From Bradymonadales bacterium (GTDB lineage: Bacteria; Bdellovibrionota; UBA2394), in the NCBI GenBank assembly GCA_007693605.1, contig REDG01000045.1, positions 2,043 to 66,042 of the forward strand: 64,000 nucleotides of DNA, written 5' to 3'. Of the stretch, positions 21,256 to 30,255 are shown one piece after another. The notes beneath the pieces were generated by a model. It was not told where the DNA came from. It searched no databases and saw only the letters and a list, made by a program, of their open reading frames with translations. How positions within the stretch are numbered: the stretch's first letter is position 1; each line of letters opens with the position of its first letter. Made by a program: the position numbers and the translations under genes.

Positions 21256-21689
21256 GAGCTTCTCACCACTCTCGTCTCGATCAAAGCCCTCTTAATCTCT
21301 TGTGAAATACTCGAAGCCAAATCAGGAATCTTCTCGCTCACCGCCTCAAGCTCCCTTGCAAGCTCTCTGTCATGCTCTTTGATTTTCTGACCCAGCTCCC
21401 TCTCGGTTTGCTTCAGTCTGGCCTCTGACTCTTTTCGAACTCTCTCAAGCTGTTCAGAACGAACGGCCTCTAAATCCCTTTTTGTCTTGGTGATCGCAGA
21501 ATGGTACTTTTCGGAGATTTCTTCTAACTTTTGCTCCAATTCATTGGCGCTCTTTTTTTGACCTACCGTCAACTGATCTCGCTTCTTCAAAAGAGCTAAA
21601 ACAGGGTCGATATATAAAAACTTCAGAACGACCACAAGGCCTGCAAAAAACAGGAAGGACAGTGCCATTAAAATCGGGTTAAATTCCAT
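21252..21689 (-). CDS. ATP synthase Fo subunit b'
   Basis: N-terminal TM, LYIDPVLALLKKRD, coiled coil; first gene of the F1 operon. Confidence 0.8.
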   Translation of the reverse strand: MEFNPILMALSFLFFAGLVVVLKFLYIDPVLALLKKRDQLTVGQKKSANELEQKLEEISEKYHSAITKTKRDLEAVRSEQLERVRKESEARLKQTERELGQKIKEHDRELARELEAVSEKIPDLASSISQEIKRALIETRVVRSS

Positions 21690-21814
21690 ACATTCTGTTC
21701 CTGAAAACGATGACCCGTCTTAACGAATTCACCCTATGGAGTCAAAGAAATCCATCTCAGGAATGATGCAGAAAAAGCCTCTGAAAAGAGGCTCAGAATC
21801 TCATGTCGAGCGCC

Positions 21815-21955
21815 TTAAGGAACTGTCGCCAAACTCTCGATTCGGGAGTGGCGATAAGGGTCCAGATGCGCGAAGGTTAGTGGTCCAAATGCCACTCGAG
21901 AAGCGCAGCGACGCAGCCGCCAAAGTAGATGGGCCATTAGCGACACTCCCCTTAA
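21815..21955. repeat. MITE/REP-like palindromic element, copy 1
   Basis: TTAA at both ends, imperfect terminal inverted repeats; 21822-21853 matches 59663-59694 at 31/32. Confidence 0.7.
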
Positions 21956-22353
21956 AGATTGGCCAAACTTGGCAGGGGCTCTGTGCTGACCAGCTTCGAA
22001 TCTCTGAAGTTTCCCATCTCTAAATTGCCGTCGATGAGCGCCCCCAGTTGAACTTCGAGATCTTTGGTTTTAACTTCAGCCTCGACCTGGCCCGTCGAAT
22101 GAATAATGAGCCGATCTCTCGCGATGAGTTGGCCTTTGAATCGCCCACCCACTTCAAGGGTGCCCACCTGAATGCTTGCCTCCACCAGTGCGCCTTCCCC
22201 AATAATCAAATGATCTTGAGAAAAAATTTCTCCACGAAAAACGCCGTCAATTCGAACCACGCCTTCGAACGAAAGCTTGCCCTGAAACTCGCAACCCTTA
22301 TCTAAAAGAGTGATGGTTTCAGGAATCTGAAGTTTCTTAGCGGATATGGCCAT
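21952..22353 (-). CDS. Bactofilin (polymer-forming cytoskeletal protein)
   Basis: TLLDKGCEFQGKLSFEGVVRIDGVFRGEI beta-helix repeats. Confidence 0.92.
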   Translation of the reverse strand: MAISAKKLQIPETITLLDKGCEFQGKLSFEGVVRIDGVFRGEIFSQDHLIIGEGALVEASIQVGTLEVGGRFKGQLIARDRLIIHSTGQVEAEVKTKDLEVQLGALIDGNLEMGNFRDSKLVSTEPLPSLANL

Positions 22354-23227
22354 TCCTTATCTTATCTACAATTCGATTAAAGTCATCCCGCGTCAAATAC
22401 TGAATTTGAATTTGCCCTCGGCCTGAGTCGTGGGCCTTAATTTCAACACGAGTCTCAAGAATTCTTCGAAGCTCATCCTGTACCGCCTCAAACTCAGAGG
22501 CCGTCTTCTCGTTCAATCGCTTCTCGCTCGGCCCGTCTGTTGGTAAGTCCCCAGTACTCTTAACTTTTTTGACCAAGGCCTCCACCTGCCGTACCGAAAA
22601 AGCCTTCTCCAGAATCTCCTTCATGATCTTGTTTTGAATGGACTTGTCCTCAACAACAATCAATGCCCGAGCATGCCCCACGCTAAGTTCGCCGGTCATC
22701 AACTTCTCTCGAACCTCTTTTGAGAGCTTTAAGAGCCTGAGAGCATTGGCAATGGTCGATCGGTCCTTTCCGACCCTCTGAGAGACTTCTTCTTGAGTGA
22801 GTCCCAAATCAATAATCAATCTCTGGTAAGACTCCGCCTCTTCAATCGGGTTCAAGTCTTCTCGCTGAATATTTTCGATCAAAGCGAGTTCGAGAATTTC
22901 GTGATCTGAAAGCTCCTTGACGATGACGGGAACTTCTGTCTTTCCGGCCAACTGAGAGGCTCTCCACCGTCTCTCCCCAGCGATAATCACATAGCCCTTG
23001 TCGGTTTTCTTCGCCAAAATGGGCTGAAGCACTCCCTTTTCTCGGATGCTCTGGGCCAGCTCCTCTAATTTTTCTTGGTCAAAGTGCTTTCGAGGCTGAG
23101 CGTGGTTCGGATAAAGCTCCCCAATGGGACAAAGTATATATCCTCGCTTGTTGTTGGACTCCGGAAGCAAACTTCCAATGCCCCGCCCCAATACACTTCT
23201 TGTTCCGGATTGCTGTGTGGTTTCCAT
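22337..23227 (-). CDS. parB: Chromosome partitioning protein ParB
   Basis: LGRGIGSL, QPRKHF, IIAGERRWRA, ALIENIQREDLNPIEEA, HTH. Confidence 0.96.
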   Translation of the reverse strand: METTQQSGTRSVLGRGIGSLLPESNNKRGYILCPIGELYPNHAQPRKHFDQEKLEELAQSIREKGVLQPILAKKTDKGYVIIAGERRWRASQLAGKTEVPVIVKELSDHEILELALIENIQREDLNPIEEAESYQRLIIDLGLTQEEVSQRVGKDRSTIANALRLLKLSKEVREKLMTGELSVGHARALIVVEDKSIQNKIMKEILEKAFSVRQVEALVKKVKSTGDLPTDGPSEKRLNEKTASEFEAVQDELRRILETRVEIKAHDSGRGQIQIQYLTRDDFNRIVDKIRNGHIR

Positions 23228-23248
23228 ATTCCTCTCGCCCTCTCCTGC

Positions 23249-24328
23249 TTAAGCGTCTGCGCTTGACCCGTCCCCAATGTCTTCAGAAATTCTCTCCAAA
23301 GCATAGGGCGACTTCCATTCCCCAGATTCTGTTTCAGATGCTGAGACAGCCACTTCGCGATCTGCTGAAGTTTCGCTGCTCTCGAAACTCAATTCGACTC
23401 CTGATTTGACGCGGCCAGGGGATTCTGCGGCCTCCTCAAGCTCTGCCATCTGAGACTCGGTCTCCGCCGCCAATTCCTCTGCCCCAGGAGATTCTTGAAT
23501 TGAATCCTCTGGAAACAATGCAGCAAGCTTTTCTCTCCAATCAGGAAGTGGCAGAGAATTCCGCTTCAGAAACTCCTCGACCAAACTCATATAGGCCGTT
23601 GCACCCTTTGACTCATGATCATACAAAATGACAGGCTTTCCAAAACTCGGAGCTTCTGAGAGCTTGATGTTTCTGGGCACAGCTGTCTCATACAGCTCAT
23701 CTTTAAAGTGCGACTTCATTTCCCTAACGACTTCATGCGTCAATTTGGTGCGGGGATCAAACATCGTAAGAACAATGCCTTCGATCTTTAAATCCTCGTT
23801 CAGATCCTCTTTCACAATCTGAAAGGTGTTCAAAAGCTGGCCCAGCCCTTCCATCGCATAGTACTCGCACTGAATGGGAATCAGCAGGCTGTCGCTTGCG
23901 GTAAAGGCATTAATGGTCAGAAGTCCCAAAGAGGGTGGGCAGTCAAAGATGACGAACTCAATATCCTCTGGCAAGTTCTTCAAGGCGGTCTTCAGTTTTC
24001 TCTCGCGAGAAATGGCATTGATCAGTTCTACCTCTGCTCCAATCAAGTTCTGATTCGCAGGAATCACAAATAGATTCTCAAGGGCCGTTGACTGAATACT
24101 CTCTTCTAAATTCAGCCGACCAATCAGCACATCATAAATTGTCTTGGCTGAATAACGGTCGAGCCCTAAGCCACTGCTGGCATTGCCTTGAGGGTCAAGG
24201 TCGATCAGCAAACTCTTATGGCCAGCGGCCGCGAGCGACGCAGCAAAATTGACAGAAGTAGTGGTCTTGCCAACACCACCCTTCTGATTGGCAACAGAAA
24301 TTCTTTTTCGCAATTTACTTTGAGTCAT
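23249..24328 (-). CDS. parA: ParA/Soj ATPase with acidic C-terminal extension
   Basis: NQKGGVGKTT, DLDPQGNA, DCPPSLG, PIQCEYYAMEG. Confidence 0.95.
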   Translation of the reverse strand: MTQSKLRKRISVANQKGGVGKTTTSVNFAASLAAAGHKSLLIDLDPQGNASSGLGLDRYSAKTIYDVLIGRLNLEESIQSTALENLFVIPANQNLIGAEVELINAISRERKLKTALKNLPEDIEFVIFDCPPSLGLLTINAFTASDSLLIPIQCEYYAMEGLGQLLNTFQIVKEDLNEDLKIEGIVLTMFDPRTKLTHEVVREMKSHFKDELYETAVPRNIKLSEAPSFGKPVILYDHESKGATAYMSLVEEFLKRNSLPLPDWREKLAALFPEDSIQESPGAEELAAETESQMAELEEAAESPGRVKSGVELSFESSETSADREVAVSASETESGEWKSPYALERISEDIGDGSSADA

Positions 24329-24369
24329 GGCCCCCCCAAAGACCTAATAAAAATAATTTAATCAAAGAC

Positions 24370-26268
24370 TTAGGCCTTCTGGCAAGCATGATTCTTGCGC
24401 TCCCTTTGAATATATAATGCCAAGACTTGCAAACTCGCGGGTGTCAGCCCTTGCAATCGTTTGGCTTCAAAAAAACTTCGTGGCCGATTCTTCGACAAAG
24501 ACTCGATGGCCTCGATGGGTAGGCCCTTAATCTCTCCAAAGTTTAAGGCCTCGGGTATTTTCATTCTTTCCATTCGGTCCATCTGATGAATCTGAGTCTC
24601 TGCTTGCTTCACATAGCCCGAGTACTTGAGGTCTGTCAGGATCTGAGTCCAATCCATATCAGAGAGTTCAAAGCCTTCTTCAAGGGCTTCAAGAATGGGC
24701 CCAAGATGCTCCGTCTTGAATTCCGGTCGCCTCATATAGTCAACAAATCTCATGGGTCGGCTAGGGGGTTCTAAGCCCAAGCTCCTAAAGAGACTTAAAT
24801 GCTCTGAAGCCTTTAAGTTGATCTTAGAGAGTCTCGCCATGCTTTCCTGGCGGAGACTCAGTCTCGACTCTAAACTCTCTAGATCAGCCTCACTCAGCAG
24901 GCCCAGTCTTTTGGCGTGGGGAAAGAGTCTCTGATCCACATTGTCCTCTCTGAGCAAAAGCCGCCACTCTGCACGAGAACTCAGCATTCGATAAGGCTCC
25001 TCGGTGCCTCGCTCTACCAAGTCATCGATCAAAACCCCCGTATAAGCCTCCGCTCTCTTCAGAGTAAAGGCCTCCTCCCCCTTCGCTCGTAGAGCGGCAT
25101 TGATTCCAGCCATCAAGCCCTGGGCCGCGGCTTCCTCATAGCCTGAAGTTCCGTTCACCTGCCCGGCAAAGAAAAGCCCCGGAACATCTCTCACCTCCAG
25201 ATTATGCTTCAATTGGGTCGAGTCGAGATAATCGTACTCTATAGCGTAGCCCGGTCGAATAATCTCCACACTCTCTAGCCCTTCAATACTCCTTAAAAAC
25301 TCCTCTTGGCGGTCTAAGGGAAGGCTCGTGGAGAGCCCTCCAACATATACCTCATGAGTCCATCGACCTTCTCGCTCCAAAAAGACTTGATGCCTGTCTT
25401 TGTCAGGAAATCGAAGCACCTTGTCCTCTACTGAGGGGCAGTATCGAGGCCCTCGACTCTCGATCATCCCACTGTAAAGGGGGGATTGGTCCATCGACTG
25501 TCGGATGATTTCATGAGTTCTTGGGTTCGTATAGGTCAAATGAGCGGGCTCAAGATCCTTTCTTCGCTCTTTCGTAAAGAAAGAAAGGCTAGAGGCCTCT
25601 GGATCTGAGGCCTGCTCCTCTGTTTTCGTAAAATCAATGCTTCTGGCATCAACTCTCGGTACAGTGCCGGTCTTGAATCGACGAATTCTTAGCCCAATCG
25701 AGCTCAGAAAATCTGAAAGTCCCACAGAGGCCGCTTCGCCAGCCCTGCCTGCAGAGAAGCTTGTGTGGCCTAAATGAGCCTTTCCGTTCATAAAGGTGCC
25801 CGTTGTGATCACAATTTGTCGTGAATAGTAGGGCTGTCCCCCCTTGGTTTTCAAACCAATCAACTGATGCCCCTCAAATAGAAGTTCTGTCACCTGGGCC
25901 TGCTTCAGATAGAGACCCTCTTGAGACTCCACAAAGAACTTCATTCTCTGCCGATACTCGTGCCGGTCACAATGAACTCTCGTCGCTCGAACCGCCGGAC
26001 CCTTTCTCGCGTTCAAAACACGGTACTGAAGGGCTGATTGGTCGGCAATTCGGGCCATCTGACCGCCCAAGATATCCAGCTCTTTGGCCAATTGGCTCTT
26101 TCCGAGCCCCCCAACGGCAGGGTTACAAGACATTGTGGCAATCTGATCAGCGCTCATGCTGAGAAGGAGAACCTTGAGAGCCTTTCTTTGCGCGGCCAGG
26201 GCAGCCTCAACCCCTGCATGCCCAGCGCCTACCACAATGACATCGTAACTATCTTTCAAAAGCTTCAT
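24370..26268 (-). CDS. mnmG: tRNA modification enzyme MnmG (GidA)
   Basis: GAGHAGVEAA, MSCNPAVGG, GPRYCPSVEDK, AGQVNGTSGYEEAAAQG. Confidence 0.97.
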   Translation of the reverse strand: MKLLKDSYDVIVVGAGHAGVEAALAAQRKALKVLLLSMSADQIATMSCNPAVGGLGKSQLAKELDILGGQMARIADQSALQYRVLNARKGPAVRATRVHCDRHEYRQRMKFFVESQEGLYLKQAQVTELLFEGHQLIGLKTKGGQPYYSRQIVITTGTFMNGKAHLGHTSFSAGRAGEAASVGLSDFLSSIGLRIRRFKTGTVPRVDARSIDFTKTEEQASDPEASSLSFFTKERRKDLEPAHLTYTNPRTHEIIRQSMDQSPLYSGMIESRGPRYCPSVEDKVLRFPDKDRHQVFLEREGRWTHEVYVGGLSTSLPLDRQEEFLRSIEGLESVEIIRPGYAIEYDYLDSTQLKHNLEVRDVPGLFFAGQVNGTSGYEEAAAQGLMAGINAALRAKGEEAFTLKRAEAYTGVLIDDLVERGTEEPYRMLSSRAEWRLLLREDNVDQRLFPHAKRLGLLSEADLESLESRLSLRQESMARLSKINLKASEHLSLFRSLGLEPPSRPMRFVDYMRRPEFKTEHLGPILEALEEGFELSDMDWTQILTDLKYSGYVKQAETQIHQMDRMERMKIPEALNFGEIKGLPIEAIESLSKNRPRSFFEAKRLQGLTPASLQVLALYIQRERKNHACQKA

Positions 26269-26288
26269 TTTCTAAGCCACAAGCTCGG

Positions 26289-26304
26289 TGTTTCATGTGA
26301 AACA
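26289..26304. promoter_or_regulatory. parS site
   Basis: TGTTTCATGTGAAACA, 15/16 to consensus TGTTTCACGTGAAACA. Confidence 0.88.
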
Positions 26305-26318
26305 GGCCCACCAAGACT

Positions 26319-26334
26319 TGTTTCACATGAAACA
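26319..26334. promoter_or_regulatory. parS site
   Basis: TGTTTCACATGAAACA, 15/16 to consensus. Confidence 0.88.
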
Positions 26335-26336
26335 TA

Positions 26337-27665
26337 TCACTTTCCAATGCAAAAACGAGACAAAATCCTTCCCAGAATCTCTTCATGCCCAATCTTTCCG
26401 ATAAGGGGTTCAAGTCTCTGATTGGCTTCCCTTAGTTTTTGGGCCAGCCACTCCAGCTCAGCTGAACCGGCGGCCAGATCTAGAGCCTCTGACAAAAGAG
26501 ACTGAGCCTCCCTCACCAGTTGGCATTGGCGGTCGGAGCTCAGATGAAGGCTGCCTTCAAAGTCGGGTCGGCCCTTCTGCCAACTGAGAAGCTCTTTCTT
26601 GAGTTTCTCGATTCCCTCGCCAGTCTGGCTTGAGATATAGATCCAAGCCTCTTTTCTCTGCTCCCTTGCCCGCAAATCAGATTTTGTTGCCAGAAAGAGC
26701 CATTTTGAATCTTTCGCAAGCTCCCGATAGCTTTGGGGGGCTGGCTCTGCCTGATCGCTGAGCCATAGAACAAGATCGGCGGCTTTCAAGACCTCCAAAG
26801 ACTTTTGCATTCCGAGCCTCTCTAGGGGATCCGAGCTCTCTCTGAGCCCAGCCGTATCCACCAAACAAAGATCGAGACCGCCCAAACGGAGCTGAGCCTC
26901 CAGCAGATCGCGAGTCGTGCCTGCGAGATTATAAACAATTGCCCTTTCTTGACCCAACAAACAGTTAAAAAGAGAAGACTTGCCCACATTCGGAGGCCCC
27001 AGAATGGCAACTTTAGGAGAGAAAAAGTGGGATCGACTTTTTTCAAAGCTGATGGCCCAAGACTCTAGCTCCAAAGCCATGGCTTCGATCGCCTTGGTCA
27101 GGCCGTCTCTTGTGCCCTGATCCACTTCGTGCTCAGGAAAATCGAGTTCTGCCTCCACTTGAGACAGAACTTCTGAGAGTCTATTGCGAAAGTCTTGAAG
27201 CCTAAGACCTGAAGCCTCTAACTTAGAGCGAATTGCCCAACGAACTCCCTCCACTTGAGAGCTCGACATCAAAAGATCCAAGGCCTCCAGATCCCACAGA
27301 CTCATTTTATTGTTTTTATAGGCCCGTCTTGAAAACTCACCGGCTTCCGCAATTCGTGTTCCACGTGAAACAAATTCTTCTATTATTCTTTCTACGATCA
27401 GGGGGTTTCCATGACAGCTGATTTCAATCATATCTTCGCCGGTAAAAGATTTTGGAGCCTTAAAGTAAGTGGCCACGACCTCGTCAATGGGCTCCCCTTG
27501 AGAATAAAGCCGACAGAACTGAGAATGATTGGGCTCAAGTTGGACTTCAGACTGAAGCATCGACTTGAAAATCTCAAAAATGCCCTCTCCAGAGGCACGA
27601 ATGAGCGAAAGGGCTGCGACCGCCCTCCCGCTAGCAAGGGCTACAATGCAATCTTGAGAACTCAT
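26337..27665 (-). CDS. mnmE: tRNA modification GTPase MnmE
   Basis: APKSFTGEDMIEISCHG, GPPNVGKSS, GTTRD, DTAG, terminal FCIGK. Confidence 0.96.
   Translation of the reverse strand: MSSQDCIVALASGRAVAALSLIRASGEGIFEIFKSMLQSEVQLEPNHSQFCRLYSQGEPIDEVVATYFKAPKSFTGEDMIEISCHGNPLIVERIIEEFVSRGTRIAEAGEFSRRAYKNNKMSLWDLEALDLLMSSSQVEGVRWAIRSKLEASGLRLQDFRNRLSEVLSQVEAELDFPEHEVDQGTRDGLTKAIEAMALELESWAISFEKSRSHFFSPKVAILGPPNVGKSSLFNCLLGQERAIVYNLAGTTRDLLEAQLRLGGLDLCLVDTAGLRESSDPLERLGMQKSLEVLKAADLVLWLSDQAEPAPQSYRELAKDSKWLFLATKSDLRAREQRKEAWIYISSQTGEGIEKLKKELLSWQKGRPDFEGSLHLSSDRQCQLVREAQSLLSEALDLAAGSAELEWLAQKLREANQRLEPLIGKIGHEEILGRILSRFCIGK
27357..27372. promoter_or_regulatory. parS site inside mnmE
   Basis: TGTTCCACGTGAAACA, matches TGTTNCACGTGAAACA. 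Confidence 0.85.
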
Positions 27666-29320
27666 GACTTCGGTTTCGCAGGCTTAATCTCTGGTCTTGG
27701 CATAATCACATCCAAGCGCTTGTTCACAAAGTATTGCTGAGCGATCGAAATAGCGGCGTTTGACAAGAAGTATAGGGTGAGTCCTGACGGGAAAAACAGC
27801 ATAAAAACTCCAAACATAATCGGCATCCACTTAAACATCGCTTTTTGGATGCGAACCATCTCATTGTCTTCACCCGTCGTTGGCATGGGCATCAGTTTCT
27901 GCTGAAAATACATCAGAAAAGTCATCAAGACGGGGATGACAAACCAAGGGTCTCTGGCTGACAAATCTTGAATCCACCAAAAGAACTCCGCATGCCTCAT
28001 TTCAAAGGATTCATAAAAGACTCGGTATAGAGCAAAAAATATCGGAAACTGTAGGAGTATGGGAAGGCAGCCCCCAATCGGATTCACCTTCTCCTTTCGA
28101 TAAAGAGCCATCATCTCTGTTTGCATTCGCTTTTGATCGTTTTTGAACTTGTCTCGAATCTCTTTCATTTTCGGTTGAACAATCGAGAGCTTCCTCATTG
28201 AAACGGCCGACTTATAGGTCAGAGGAAAGAGAAGACATTTCACAAAGACGGTTAAGAGAATAATGGCAATGCCATAGTTCGGTATCCATGAGTGGAAGAT
28301 GGTCAACATCGTCAACAAGAGCCTTGATATCGGCCCAATCCAACGACCAAAATCGATCACCTTTCCGAGTTCGAAACCCACCTTCTCTAGCTCTTGCATC
28401 CGTTTCGGCCCCAAGTAATAGGTGTATCGATACTCGGTCGTCTCATCAGGCAAAAGCTGCCGCTGAAACAAGCGAAGTTCTTGGCTTGCCCAATCTTCAC
28501 TTCGTCGACTGATTCTAAGCTCTTCGATACTGGCGTTCAGAGGAATGAAGCCCAAAAAGAAGTACTTGGTGCTAAAACCAGACCAACCGACCAATTCCGT
28601 GATGGGATCAGGCTCTTTGTGAATAGCCAAAGAGGAAAGAAAGTCCTTTTTTAAATTTGAGTTCTGCAGCCAAACCGCCTGTTGGTAATCGGCAGGGGGG
28701 ACCAAGAAAGCGAAGAACCTTTGAATTCCCTCCACCTTCTTCTCATCTTCAATCTCCTTTCTGAGCAAAATCTGAAGATCAACGATAGCCCTCGTCAAAG
28801 CCGTATTCTTGACGCGATCTGTCACCGCTAGGGCGTAGGCATTTGGTTGAAGCTCAATCAGTCTCTCAATCACGAAATCCGAAGAACGGGCTTCTAAGCG
28901 AATCTGATTTTCTGAGGCCTCTTTAAGAGAAAAGACCACCTGCCGATCGTTGATAAACAGGCGGGTCTCGTTGAAGGCTCGATCTCGAAAGTCCCAGGCG
29001 ACTTGTTCTTCTGATTGAGGCTCGACCGCATAGTTAAGGACTTCGATGGACTGAATCTCTCCCAAGGCGTTCAAGCCCAGCCGTAAGCGGTCAGTAGAGA
29101 AAACAAAATTCTTCCTTCGAAGTTCTGATATCTCTGGTCGCACCACCCGATCGGGCTGGGGCGCTTTTCTCTCAGTCGGGGCGGATAGCTCCGCTTGCTC
29201 CCTACTGCTGCTGCTTTCGTCGGGTTCTGGGCTTGGCCTGTCTTGAGTAGCTGGCGGCACCACAAAAACGAAGTACACAATGATCATCAAGCAAATGCCG
29301 ATAAGTGTTCGAAAATCCAC
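27662..29320 (-). CDS. yidC: Membrane insertase YidC
   Basis: NYGIAIILLT, NPIGGCLPILLQFPIF, WIQDLS. Confidence 0.95.
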   Translation of the reverse strand: MDFRTLIGICLMIIVYFVFVVPPATQDRPSPEPDESSSSREQAELSAPTERKAPQPDRVVRPEISELRRKNFVFSTDRLRLGLNALGEIQSIEVLNYAVEPQSEEQVAWDFRDRAFNETRLFINDRQVVFSLKEASENQIRLEARSSDFVIERLIELQPNAYALAVTDRVKNTALTRAIVDLQILLRKEIEDEKKVEGIQRFFAFLVPPADYQQAVWLQNSNLKKDFLSSLAIHKEPDPITELVGWSGFSTKYFFLGFIPLNASIEELRISRRSEDWASQELRLFQRQLLPDETTEYRYTYYLGPKRMQELEKVGFELGKVIDFGRWIGPISRLLLTMLTIFHSWIPNYGIAIILLTVFVKCLLFPLTYKSAVSMRKLSIVQPKMKEIRDKFKNDQKRMQTEMMALYRKEKVNPIGGCLPILLQFPIFFALYRVFYESFEMRHAEFFWWIQDLSARDPWFVIPVLMTFLMYFQQKLMPMPTTGEDNEMVRIQKAMFKWMPIMFGVFMLFFPSGLTLYFLSNAAISIAQQYFVNKRLDVIMPRPEIKPAKPKS

Positions 29321-29324
29321 GCGT

Positions 29325-29612
29325 TTATTTCCCTTTGCTACTCTCTTGCCGCATTAAAGACTCAGGCAGTGGAGAATAAAAAAAGCTAGACCAGGGATTA
29401 CAAGAAAGCAATCGCAAGACGATCCGTTTAGTTGCCCTCGGTAACGAAGCTTCTTGTTCCAGTTGAATCTTTGCAAACTCTGAGCAGCTGATGGGGTATC
29501 GACATTGACTCGGTATCCCAATGCAATGCGACAGGAAAAAAATCACACGACTGAAGGACTGATAGACAAATAAAAGACATAGGCAGCCAAAACGAAGACC
29601 GGCTTTTAACAT
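29325..29612 (-). CDS. yidD: Membrane protein insertion efficiency factor YidD (divergent)
   Basis: YQ..SR, CRYPISCSEFA, RLLSCNPW; between rnpA and yidC. Confidence 0.8.
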   Translation of the reverse strand: MLKAGLRFGCLCLLFVYQSFSRVIFFLSHCIGIPSQCRYPISCSEFAKIQLEQEASLPRATKRIVLRLLSCNPWSSFFYSPLPESLMRQESSKGK

Positions 29613-29971
29613 TTTTCTCCCAGCCTCTTTTTCAAAATCTCCAAATTTTCAAGAAAGACTCCTGGCTGGAGTTTTCGTGGAGCCGAAAGAAGTCGAAGAA
29701 CGAAATCGGCTCGACATCGATTAGAATTTTTCCGAAAAAACTCCCTCATACTTCGTTTAAACACATTTCGTTTAGCAGCAGACTTCAAGACCTTCTTTGA
29801 GACCGACAATCCCAGTCGGGCTGGACTGTCTGTATTTTTCCAATACACCAGCAAACAACCTGATCGCATGGAGCCGCCTTGGCCCCGCTGTCTTGCTGCC
29901 ATAAAGACTTTATCAAAGTCTTGGCGCTTCAAAAGACGCCGGTTCTTAGAGAAAGCTTCAGATTGAGCCAC
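29606..29971 (-). CDS. rnpA: RNase P protein component
   Basis: RLLKRQDF, RLGLSVSKKV, AAKRNVFKRSMRE. Confidence 0.9.
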   Translation of the reverse strand: MAQSEAFSKNRRLLKRQDFDKVFMAARQRGQGGSMRSGCLLVYWKNTDSPARLGLSVSKKVLKSAAKRNVFKRSMREFFRKNSNRCRADFVLRLLSAPRKLQPGVFLENLEILKKRLGEKC

Positions 29972-29982
29972 GCTCGCTTGTC

Positions 29983-30132
29983 TTACTTCTCGTAAACTCC
30001 AGGAGCCAGCTTTTTACGGCCCTTTGCCCGACGAGCACGGATAATATTACGACCGCCGACCGTTGCCATTCGAGACAAAAAACCGTGGGTTCTTTTTCGT
30101 TTAAGTTTGCTGGGTTGATAAGTTCTTTTCAT
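29983..30132 (-). CDS. rpmH: 50S ribosomal protein L34 (absent from the ORF track)
   Basis: Translates [49 protein letters not shown]. Confidence 0.97.
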   Translation of the reverse strand: MKRTYQPSKLKRKRTHGFLSRMATVGGRNIIRARRAKGRKKLAPGVYEK

Positions 30133-30255
30133 AGCGCCTCACGACTTCAATACTCCCCATTATTTCTGTCAAGGGAGCTTCTTAAAAAATGCTTTGACGA
30201 AGCAAAGCAAACAACCGTTTGATTGGAATTTACTAGTAACTTGATTGAAATTCCT

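Noticed and set aside
21736-22023. 95-aa plus-strand ORF
   Set aside because: Runs through the palindromic element and antisense into bactofilin; no protein features
30133-30255. oriC or autoregulatory DnaA boxes upstream of dnaA
   Set aside because: No TTATNCACA match found in the rpmH-dnaA gap
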